Shown: positions 12,103-23,356 of the stretch, piece by piece
Layout: each line of letters starts with the position of its first letter
Position numbering within the stretch: position 1 is the first letter of the stretch
NCBI GenBank assembly: GCA_031835245.2
Contig: JAVKOQ020000102.1
Span: 1-64,000 of the forward strand
From: Balamuthia mandrillaris
Lineage: Eukaryota
Reading direction: 5' to 3'
DNA: 64,000 nucleotides
Program-made: the position numbers and the translations under genes
The notes under the pieces: model-generated
Database searches by the model: none
Seen by the model: the letters and a program-made list of their open reading frames with translations, nothing else
What the model was told of the DNA's origin: nothing

Positions 12103-14416
12103 ATGAAAGGAGCGAGCAAACCGGTAGCTGCTGCGCAGGCCACTGCCCGGTCGCGGCCTGGCAAGGACGAACCCGGCGCTGGCAAGGCTAAGGGAAGCCA
12201 TAACAACAAGAAAGAGGAGGGCCAGGTGTTGGGTCGGTTCAAGAACACAAAGCAAGAGGTAGCGATGGGTCCGATGGCCAACGTGCTTGCGGGAACCGTG
12301 ATGCTGGCTTTGCATGGCTGGTTCCTGGCCTTTTTGCAGTCAGAGTACGAGGCCGTCCAGCTGAAAGAGGGCCACAAAATAAAGGACTACGTGGCCATGT
12401 GGTCCCCTATTTTCATCGGCTCCATCATTCTCGAAGTTGGTTCGTTCTTACTTCTTCTTTGTATCTTTGCTTAGCTTCTATTCTCCTTCTTCTCCGCAAA
12501 CCGTTTTCTTATGTACGCGGTACTTTCAACCAACACCACCGAAAAGCATGGTCTTGGTACAAAGGAAGTGCAGTATATCGCACCAACGACTCTGTCTCTT
12601 CCATGTCGCTCGGCATCTATTCGATGCTCTTCAAACATTTGTGGGTCGGTGTGGTGACCTTTACTCCTTATACTTATGTGTACCAAAACTTTGCCCTTAC
12701 ACGACGCTTTGAGGACGGCGGTATGCTTGCCTGGTGGCTCATGTTCGTTTGTGTTGAGTTGGGCTACTATTGTAAGTATTTCTTTTTTCTTTCTTCTATG
12801 TTCTTTCTTCGTTCTCTTTGCTCCTCTCTAACTTTCGCTTGCTGCTTCTCTCAATCTGGTTTCCGTTTCTTCTTGTCTCCAAAAGGGTATCACAGAACGG
12901 GACATACAGTGCACGCCTTTTGGGCTATGCATTCTGTGCATCACTCATCAGAAGAGTACAACCTCTCAACAGCACTGCGTCAGTCTACTCTGACCTCCTT
13001 CATATCTTGGCTGTACTACGTTCCGTGGGCATTGTTCTTTCCTCCCTCTCTGTTTTACATACACAGCCAGTTCAACCTGCTGTACCAGTTTTGGATTCAC
13101 ACAGCAGCTGTGGGCAAGCTTGGCCCCTTGGAGTGGATTTTGAATACGCCTAGTCAGCATCGTGTTCATCATGGCAAGAATGAGTACTGTATTGACAAGG
13201 TGCTTATAACTTTTCGTTGTTACTAGTTTTCGGATGTGTGTGTTCTGAATCTTAACCTCTACTCTGTTAATAGAATTACGGGGGCACGCTATGCATCTTT
13301 GATCGTTTGTTTGGAACCTTTCAAGAAGAGCTGGACGAGGTAAATGATTTCTCATTTATCAACATGCCTTACTTCTTACCTCTCAACTCAATCTGTGATG
13401 CCGACAGGTCCCGATAGCATATGGAACAATCCATCCAATCAATACATGGGACCCAATCGAATCCAACATTCATCCTTGGAGAGCCATTTTTGCCAACATT
13501 CGGTTCGTCTATCGCTTCTCTCTCTCTCTCTTTGCTTTCTTCTTTCTTCTTTCTACCAAAAGTTGAGACATTGATAGACAGTTAGCGTATCATTTCATTT
13601 ATCTGAGATTCTTCAAAACATGCAATAGGAAAGTGAAAGGATTCAAAAATAAGCTGTTGTGTTTATTTAATGGACCAGGATGGATTCCTGGCAGTCAGCC
13701 TCATGCAGAGTACCCAATCCCGCCGTGCTCCACTGATGCCATGGTCAAATACAACCCCGCTTTATCTGCTCGGTACTGTTGATTCTTTTTTATTTTTTCT
13801 TCCTTTCGTCTTCTTTCATGCTTCTTTCATCTTTGACACCTCGATTTTCTGTTGTCTCTACTTGAAAAGTGCTCAGTGGTACATAGGGGTTCACTGCTTG
13901 CTAATGGTCATTATTTTCAACATGGCTTTGATCGCGGAATCGGCCATGCCTTACTATTGGTTCTTCTTGTTTAATGGTTATGTCGTCTGGGGCTTGTACA
14001 ACCTTGGTGCCATCAGTAACCGCAAGACATGGGCTTTCTTGATGGAGATAACGCGGATCATCGTTGCCATTCCTTTGGGATGTTGGACTGTTGCTTTGTA
14101 TCTCTCTTCATTCGTTGCAGGTATTTAACCTTTTTTCTCATCTTCTGCTGCTTCCCTCTGCTTCTATCCCCCATGTAGAAACCAAAAAAAAACTCAACAC
14201 AAACAAAACGCAGAAGTGGAGTTGTTCTTGGTTATGAGCCATCCTCTGTGCATTGCAGTTTATGGAATCGTTGCGGTGAGTGCGTTGTTGCTTCTCTCCT
14301 GCAGGAAGGAGTTGAAGGTCGCTGTGCAGAAGCACGAACTGGGAGATATGGACCTGGTGCAAGCCGAAAAGGACCAGGCCCTCCAGTTGCAGCTGCTGCA
14401 TGCAAAGCGTGATTAA
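12103..14416 (+). CDS. AGMO: Alkylglycerol monooxygenase (fatty acid hydroxylase/sterol desaturase family)
   Basis: His boxes YHRTGH, HSVHHSSEEYNLSTALRQS, NTPSQHRVHHG, IDK/NYGG..IFDRLFGTF, GPGWIPG; multiple TM segments. Confidence 0.9.
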
Positions 14417-14944
14417 AAACACGTGCTCATGCACACGCTTCTTCTCTCTCTCTTTCGCTCTCGATCTCATGTCTTCTCTCCTGTCTTATTCCGAATCTCC
14501 TATCCTCTCTCTCATCCTTCGCTCTCATTCCATTGCAGCGAAAATCTGTCCTCGCTCTCGTCCATACCAAAAAAAGGCAGGGGCGCCCCTTTGGCTTAGT
14601 TTGGGCTTTTTTTATCTATTATTTTTGTTTATTGGAGCGTTCGTTTTTCTTTGCTTCTTTTTTTTTTTTTTTTTGTTTGTTTTAATCTTGGGTGTGTGGT
14701 CTCACAAGCGTTGCAGGGGAAGAAGTAGCGAAAGAAGATAGCATCGACAAACAAAGTGAGTTGGTGAACCGCTCCCCCACAAGGCTCATTCGAGCTCATT
14801 TTGTTGGGCAGGTGTGTTTCTTTGTATTTCTTTTTTTTTCATGATAAACGCCTACAAGACGAGAGGAAGGGCATTAAAAAAGAAGCTGTTTACGCACCTC
14901 AACGCCGATACTCTGTACAGAATACTGCCCCCGCAAGATAGAAA

Positions 14945-17900
14945 ATGAAAACATCGGTCAAGCGCAAAAGCAGCAAGGCCTTGGACGTTCGCCCTCCTGC
15001 AGAAGCCATATTGACGAGCCCCGAAGAAGAGAATAAAGAGGAAGAGAAGACCAAGGATGAACATGAGGACCAGAGGAAAGGCAGCGGCTCTACTATACCC
15101 ACCAAGAAAACAGTGAAGCTCGTGGTATCGGAAGGTGTGCCCGAGGATAAACAACGTCAAGAGGAGGAAGAGGATAAGCAACAAACTACGGATAAGGCCT
15201 CCAAAGAAAAAGAAATGGGGAAAACGAGCGAAGAGGTTGACAAAGATGATGACGCGGAGAAACGGCGCACCGCCCTGAAGAACGAGAAGAACCCCAAAGC
15301 ATCCGCTATCATCAAAGGCTCCTCTTCTGCGACAAACTTGGCCTCTAGTCAGCTCCCTCTGTCCACTTCCAACTCCTCCATCTCTCTCACCGTCACAAAA
15401 GAGAAAGAGAAAGAGAAAGAAAAAGAGGCGCTTCCTTCTTCCTCTTCTTCATCCCTTCGCGATGGCGACACCGCCACCTCTCAACAACAGTGTTCAGAGA
15501 CCCCTTCGTCTGCTGCGCCATCCAACAAAGAATCAACTGCTCCAACAGCCAACCAAGAGCTCCAAGAAGAGCTCGCAGTCCTCCCTTGCATCGGTGATAG
15601 TGTTGGTTCGTTCTCGCCGTCCACTTCTGCCCACCACTCTTCCTCCTCTTCCTCTCCCTCTTCTCCCTCCGCTGCGACCAAACCAACAGCATTGTTATCG
15701 GTGGATAGCTCAGAAGGAGGAGTGCTTCCTTCTTCCTCCTCTTCGAGCGGGGGAGGGTTGAAGGCTCCCGTTTCTCTTTCCTTCCTTCGAGGCGGAAGCA
15801 GCAAAGACAAAGCGGACAAGGAACGAGAGAAGGAGAAGGATAGTGGTGGCAGCGCTGGTAGCAACAAGGAAAAAACGGAGAAGGAACGAGAGAAGGAAAA
15901 GGAAAGGGAGCGGGAGAAGGAGCGAGAAAGAGAGAAGGAGAGAGAAAAGGAGAGGGAAAAGGAAAAGGAACGGGATCGTGAGCGCAAGAAGAAATTTTTG
16001 GAACTCTCCAAGAAGGACCAGAAGAAGTTCAAGAGGCTGCTCGAGGAATGTCCCTCCATAGTCAACCATCCACTCCGTACGCATATTTCTTGCTGTTCTT
16101 GTTAGCTTTTTTTTTTTTTGCTTCTCTCTTCTCTTTCCTCTGGTGCCTCACCATTATTGTTTATTGTGGAACACCGTATAGTGTTGCCGGAAGAAGTCAA
16201 GTACTTATGGAAGCACTGGAACGGACAGGTCTTGGCCTTTGTCCGCAGCGAGAAGCACAAGGCGCTGGTCGGCCCCGACAAGGAAGAGTGGGGCAGGTAC
16301 CTCTCCGAATATGCTGCCTTTCCTTTGGCTTCTTTTCTCGTCTCCACCCCCTCTTCCACCCTCTCCGCTTCGGGTTCGGGCATCGGAGGGACTGCTGCGT
16401 CTTTGTTGCCAAACCCGAGCCCTTCCCCTTCAGCCTCCTCTTTGCTGAACAACACGGCAGGCATTCCGTTTGCCACCGCAGCCACGTTCTCGCTTTTGTT
16501 TGATCTGCTGTTTCAGGCGGTGGACAGCAAGTGTGATGGCCTGGTTGACTTTGAAGAGTTCCTTTCCACTTTGGCTGTTTCTGCCAGAGGCACTCTTGAC
16601 GCTCGCCTTGAACGTAAAGTTTTTTTCTTCTGTCTTCGTTCTTCTTCTTCTTTCTTTAAGCTTCATTCGTTTCACACTGTTTTGCTACAGTGGTGTTCCG
16701 GTTCTTGGACAAAGAACAACAAGGACAGATCCAAAAGGGAGAAACCAAGGAGCTCATGGTGGGAGCTGCCGAGTACTTCGCCATGATATCAAGAGGTGGC
16801 GCCCACACGCCAACCTACTCCTCATCCCAGGAGGCTGCTGCTCGCAAGAAGGACTCTGATGCTGCTCTGATGGTGGATGCCTTGTTTGGAGCGAAGAGCT
16901 CCCTTTCTTTAATCTCTTTCAAACAACGGTTTGCCTTCCCTTCCTTTCTCTTTCTTTTCTTGTCTGCTTCTCCCTCATTTGTGCATACAAACAGAGCGAT
17001 GAGCAACGAGGGAGTACAAAACTGCTTTCACCTCTTCGAATGTGCATTCGGAGGCCTGGCCAACCGCATGGAACTGGAATTGGGCAGCAGAAAGACGTTT
17101 GGGAGGGACTTGATGTATGTGTTGAAAGGCGAGCGGCGGGAGATACCCCTCATCATGGAACAAACAGTAGCCTGTCTCATGCCTCGTACGCTCTCTCTCT
17201 CTCTCTCTCTCATTCTCTCTCTCATTCTCTCCTTCTCTTTGTCATATTCTTATAATATCTTGTACTTTCGACCAAAAGAGTTGGAAACAGAAGGCCTGTT
17301 CAGGCTTTCAGGAAATGCAAAGAGCTTGAACCAAGTGAAGGAAAAGTACGATAGCGGAGAGCCCGTCCCTCTCTCTCAGTACAGCCCACACGTGGTCGCC
17401 GATCTGCTCAAAACGTTCCTTCGAAACCTTCCGGAACCTCTCTTGACTTATGCTCACTATCAAAGCTTTATAGACTTGTACAATAACGAAGACTCTCGCA
17501 CCCAGTTTCTGAAGTTGAGAGTGCTGTTGGCGTCTTTGCCCGAGGCAAATCTCAAGATATTCAAGTTTCTCGTTGCCTTCCTTGCTGAAGTACACAAACG
17601 GTTCGTTTTCTTCTTTCTCTTCTTCTTCTTCTTCTTCTTCTTCTTCTTCTTCTTCTTCTTCTTCTTCTTCTTCTTCTCTTCCTTCTTCTGGTTTTTTCGT
17701 TCATGCTTTTCCTTCTATCTGTTTTTTTACTCTCCTGATGTATTGCATATATCATGTAGGTCGGACAAGAATAGAATGGACGCGTTCAACCTGGCGACTG
17801 TATTTGCGCCATTAGTGCTGATGCGGAAGGACGAGACGGATGCTGTGCGAATGGTATCCGAGTCAAGGGCCACTATTGACATTCTTCTCAAAGCCATAAC

Positions 17901-20900
17901 CTCCCACGCTGAACTCTTTAACGAACTGACCGAAGACGAGAGTGACAAGGAGGAGCAACGATGGAGAGAAGGCCGCAACAAACGCAGCGAGGAACTGCGA
18001 AAGTACGTCAACGAGAGTAAGCACGCCATCACCGTCATCTTTGATCGCCTCTGCAGCGAGGTGGAGGACAAGGATCGAGAAATAAGTATGCTCAGAGAAA
18101 GGATCAAAGAGTTACATCTCATCATCACCAGACAGAGGCGTATCATCGTATCTATGGACATTGGCGGACCCGGCCCTGCCTCTTCTTCTGTTGGAAGTAC
18201 TCCTGAACCACGTGGTTTCGCTTCTGTTTCATCTTCTGAAAACGCTGGTCTCTCTCCTTCTACTTCCGGACGAAAAGGAACAAAACATAAACGGGGCAAG
18301 AGCGCGTCCTCCTGGGATGATGGCTCTGAGAGCGAAGGCAGCAACAGCAGCCGAAAGTCCAGCGACCTTCAGTCAACTGCCGACGATCTAACTTCGGCTG
18401 ATGAGACGCCACCTGTATCGGCTTCTCGTGCGGCTTATTCAAAGGAAGAGAGCAAAGCTCAACAAGAGAAAACGGGCAAAAAGAAGAAAAAGAAGAAAGG
18501 GAAGCAACAACAGCAAGCACAACAACCCTCTCTCAAAGTCAGTGCTGAAGGAGAGAGCGAAGAAGAAAAACCGGTAGCATCCACTACAGCTGCCACCACA
18601 ACAGGCGCAACTGGAAGCAAACTGCATCGTCATAGAAGCAGCATTGACTCTGCTGCCAGTATTGCTGACATCGGAAAGGCGAGCAAAAGAAAGCGAAAAT
18701 CGTCTGCTGCTGCCGTTGTAGCTGCCACCACCTCGAAGGAAGAAAGCAAAGACTCTACTGAAGGTAAAGATGGGGATACAAAGACCCAAAAGAAGGCAGA
18801 ACCGGCAATAACAGTTGCAAATGAGGAGATGATCGGTGATGATGAGGTAGAAGAGGATGAGGAAATGGATGCTCCGCCCCCCAAGGAAGAGAGTGCCGAT
18901 AGGAGGAGGACGACCAAGAAGAAGACAAAGGCGAAGAAACAGAAGGACAAACAGGAGAAAGACAAAGAAAAGACAACGGAACAAGAAAAAGAACACCAAA
19001 AGGAAAAGACGACAAAAGATCAGGAGAGAGAATACGAGAGACATAAGGAGGATGAGCCAACAGAAGCATTCAAGCAAGATGTCACTGAAGCAAAGGAAGA
19101 AGAGGAGGAGAAAAAAGAAGTACCTGCGCATGAAGAAGACCAAACTGATGCTGAAGCGCATGGTGCCCCTACAGAAAAGCAAGACGAGACAGAGGAAACA
19201 GAGAAGGAATCAAGCGGGCCAACTGAGAGTAGTATAGATGCAAACCAAAAGCCGGGTAAAGGTCATTTCTCACGTTGTCTTCTTGTTTTCCACTTCTGAT
19301 GTTGTAATCCCCTATAGGAGAAGGCATTCAAAAGTTCTTGACCTTGTACACCAACAAAATACAAGAAGAGCTGGAACAGGACCTCAGAAAAAAAGTAGAA
19401 CTTCAGCGTCAGGGCCGAGTGGCCGACAACGATCGAAAGGTCGGCATTCTCTCTCAAATACAAGCCATAGAGTTGGAAATGAAAAGAAAGGAAGAGGAAG
19501 CCAGACGACAGAAAGAACTAGAGGCGCGCTCCCTCTCTCGAGAAGAAAGCTTGAAGAAGGTGCTGTCTGCCAGAAAAGGTTCCAAGGAGGACGCCTTGTC
19601 CGTTCCGCTTACTCCTACAAGCGCTTCAACATCTGCTTCTTCTTCCAGTTCTTTTTCTTCTGCTACTGCTTCTTCTTCGGAGACCAAAGAAGCAGCAGAC
19701 ACGACAGAGGAAGAAGAGAGGAAAGAGGAAGGGGAGACAGAAGAAGAGAAAGAGGAAGACACAGCACAACAGGCAAGCTCTGCAAAAGAAAGCAATGAAG
19801 CATTGGAGCCATCGACAAAAGAGAAAGATGCAGGCCTCTCCAAGAAGACCGCTAATAAGAAAAAACGAGAAAAGCGTCGGAGCGTGTCTCTGCGTGACCT
19901 TCGGCTCATGAATGCTTCCGACAAAGAGGAGGAAGAAGAGGAAGCAAACGAAGAAGCGGTTAAAGAAACCGCTAATGTTGCTGTACCAATACAAGCAAAG
20001 ACTTCTAAGAATAAGAGTGATGACCCGGCCACGGCTACAGCTGAAACGAAGAAAGACAAGCAACAATCCACCTCTTCTTCCGGCTCGTCCGTGGTGACAG
20101 AGAAGAAATCGGAAAAGAAAAGCAAGAGCCGAAGACAAAGGCACGATACTACTGCAGTTGTTTCTCTCGAAGGAAAGCAGAACAAAGGAGGAAGTAAAGT
20201 GGCAACCCCTTTGGAGAAGGAGGCGACAGCGGAGCCTAAACCTGTGACCAAAGGCAAACACGCCCGCTCCAAGTCCATAACTTCCTCGTCTGGAGAGGAG
20301 AGCGGCAATCCTTCTTCCTCCTCTCCAAGCTCCTCTCCTCGTCAGCTCATCTCTGTGGACTCTCCTGCGAGCACCACCAAAGCGGGAGCTTCACGAAGAC
20401 AACGAACCAAGACAGCTTGCGAGACCAAGGAAGCCGCTGCTCAACGAACGAAAGAGATGACAGGAGAGACCACCCCTTCCGCTTCTGCTTCTGCTGCTTC
20501 TTCTTCTCCTCCTCTTCCTTCATTATCCTCCTCTGCTTCAGTAGGATCACCAACCACTAGAAGCAGCGCCGCAACCACCATTCCTGCCAAGAAGAAAAGG
20601 CCAGACGCTGGAGCAAAGGCGCACACGCTTCGCATTCCTCGCAATAGGGCTCACGCCAAAGAAGACAAAGAGAGCCAAGACGACCGAGAGAAAAGCAACA
20701 GCGACAGAGCGGGCAAACCTGCCCAGGATAAAGAGGCCGCCGTGGCTGATGTCTCTTCAACCTCTCCTCCTTCTCCCTTCGTCACCGCCAAAGAGGCTTT
20801 CTCTCCTTCGGTCGGTGACTCTCCTACCAAAAGGAAAATGGGAGGAAGCATGATCATTGTCCCTTCTGCCCAGAGAGACACGACCACTTCTCCTGGTAAC

Positions 20901-20969
20901 AAAGAAGACGAAGGAGGTTGTGGTGCTCACATGTCCAACAAGAAAAAAGCGAAAGAAGGAGGAGCGTGA
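14945..20969 (+). CDS. Large RhoGAP with EF-hands and long charged low-complexity regions
   Basis: EF loops DSKCDGLVDFEEF and DKEQQGQIQKGE; RhoGAP motifs ETEGLFRLSG (Arg finger), VADLLKTFLRNLPEPLLT, NRMDAFNLATVFAP. Confidence 0.85.
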
Positions 20970-21040
20970 AAACAAACAACGAACAACGAATGATGTTGTT
21001 GTATTTGAAGATGTAATGACCCAACTTATAAATGTTCTTG

Positions 21041-22140
21041 TTATAGCGGTAAACGAAAGGGAAATGATGTGGTGTCTCCGTTCGCCATCTCGACAATGTT
21101 CTGATGTTCCACTCCGCCTCCAATGGATGAAATCTTTTCTTTTCCTTTCCCCTCCTCTTTGTCTTTCGTCGCTTCCTTTTCTTCTCCAATTTCATCATCC
21201 TCTTCTTCTCTCCAATAATTCTCAGAGTAATCTAAAAAGATTTGCTGACCTCTCTCGATACGGTGTAATGCTGTGACGATGGCTTGTTCTGCTCCTCTAT
21301 CAAAGAAGCATTGAAGTTCTGCATTTGGAGTTGCGGAGTGGTTCATCATGCCGCCAAAGTTGCGGTAACGCTTTGCATCCAGCGCCACGCCTTCCACTCC
21401 CGATACCACTGTATAAGCTTTATCCTTTATTTCGTCTGTAGAGGAATAAAATGGATGAGATCACGAAAAACAAAATACGGAATGAGGAACCGAGCGATGA
21501 GAGCAGCAAATAGAGAACAGAAAGATACCTTCAGCAGTAAGACAACCGCCATAACGAACGATAAAGTCGCCAGCCTCGAAGTCTTTCGCCGCAAACACAC
21601 CATATCCGACCCTATCATCAATCTTTGCCAAGATGACGTTGTGTTGGTCGCCGGTGCTCTCCTCCCAAATATGTTTCTGGTGCCTCTTTCTAAACTCCGT
21701 GTCAACAGTATTGATAGAGAATCCACTATACATCAACTCCAACAAATAGTCGCTTGTGCAACGAATGAACGGACAAAATGTCACGCTGAACAATTTCTGT
21801 TTTTGTATTTTTGTTGTTTGTTGAGTAAGCACAAAAACAAAGGAGTGGAGAACGCACTTCGAATTCGGAAACGGGCCATTGAGTATCAACTGTTTGTGTA
21901 TCGGGCCGCCACAGCTGTAAGTAACGTGGCATCATGTGGGTGGGTGTTGTAGGCACCATCCCCAACATTCGTGCATAATCTACGTTGTCATCCATTCGTT
22001 TTTAAAAGAGGAACCCAACAGAGACAAGCGAACGACAAGAAGACCAACACAAGTCAAAGACAATATAAGAAAGCGTGAAAGAAGAGAATGGATAAAGGCG
22101 AGGGCAGAGAGCAGAGTCAGGAGGTTAAAGAAAACAGAAG

Positions 22141-22185
<45 letters not shown>

Positions 22186-22897
22186 CTAAAGGTGTGGCAA
22201 AAAAGTTATCAAGCTTGTCTATATCAGCATGATAGCGCCGCAGCAACAGCTCCAACACTTCAGCGCTCTGCACAAAGACCGCAAAGTGGAGCGGGGTGAA
22301 GCCGGTGATCAGATCGTTCTTGTTGATGTCGAGTGAGGCCGAAGAAGAAGCCGCTGCGCTCAGCAAAGCCTCCACCATGCGAGGCTTACGTGAGAGCACG
22401 GCGTAGTGCAGCGCTGACTTGTGCCTCTCGTCGAGGCGAGGCGGAGGCAGCGTGTTGCGGATGACGCTGAGCTCGTGCTGGAGGCAACTCTCCATAGCTC
22501 TGACGCTGCCGGAGAGAAGCCGCCGTTGGAGCGAGGTTTGATACTCTCCTGTCGTCTATTTGTTGTTGTCAAAGAAGAAGGATTAGGGAGAGATTGGTGA
22601 AGAAGCGCACTTTCACTCACTTCATTCTTGTTGGCTAATACTCACCTCATCGATGATGGATTTGGCCTTCGCACTGAAGGCACGACCTACGTTCTCATCA
22701 AAACTAACGTTGGAGAGATAAAAAACCTTTTGAACGCGATCAATAAGTTGCAGTGTGAAAACAGAAAAAAAAAAGGGAGGATAATCTACCCGCCACAACA
22801 ACGGTGAAGGTTTCTCCTCCAACAGCCGATTATCGCTACCAAAATCTCTCTTGAACCTTCGCCACCAGCTCTCCTCCTCTCCTTCTGTTCTTTCCAT
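21041..22897 (-). CDS. Ankyrin-repeat + SET-domain protein (putative lysine methyltransferase)
   Basis: Ankyrin: SALHYAV, GFTPLHFAV, ATPL. SET: VGYGVFAAKDF..GDFIVRYGG, DAKRYRNFGGMMNHSATPN, GQQIFLDYSENYW. Confidence 0.85.
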
Positions 22898-22960
22898 CTC
22901 TCTGTGTTTAGAAAAAAGACAGAAAGGGATAAAGTTTGTTTTTTTCTTTAAAATAAAGTT

Positions 22961-23128
22961 TGGTGGGGGGCGACTAGCACTCCCCCACCGCTACCATAAA
23001 TTATGCTGTCCAAACATCCATGAAGGATGTTGGTCCGCAATCCACTTCCTACCGGCTGTGCAATGGTAGGGTGGATAAACGAAGAGCACCGCCTTGTTGA
23101 TCGCAGCAACTCCCAGCAAGGTACGTAT
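22961..23128 (-). ncRNA. U1: U1 spliceosomal snRNA (about 168 nt) with variant 5' end AUACGUACCU
   Basis: Helix H UGCUG/CAGCA; SL-I with loop GAUCAACAAG (U1-70K site); SL-II with loop AUUGCAC (U1A site); SL-III CCAACAUCC-UUCAU-GGAUGUUUGG; Sm site AAUUUAUGG; terminal SL-IV GGUGGGGG...CCCCCACC. Confidence 0.95.
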
Positions 23129-23153
23129 GAGACTTAGAGTTGTGCGTTGTGGC

Positions 23154-23190
23154 TATTTATAATCGCGAGAACCAAATTTTGATTATGGGA
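23154..23190 (-). promoter_or_regulatory. snRNA promoter: DUSE/USE-like TCCCATAA (23190-23183) and TATAAATA (23161-23154)
   Basis: TCCCATAA at -62..-55 matches the Dictyostelium upstream sequence element WCCCAYAA in sequence and position; TATA box at -33..-26 from U1 +1. Confidence 0.8.
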
Positions 23191-23356
23191 CAAACCTTTT
23201 CCCCTTTTATGGTTTATTTTCATTTTCAGCGCCGATTCTAAAGAACGACTCCTCAATTAGCAGCAGAAAATGTTTCGTCAAAAAAAAAAAAATAAATGAA
23301 AGATGTACATTCACGTGACCCAAAAATCCATAGCGCACCTTCCTCTCCATCCATCA

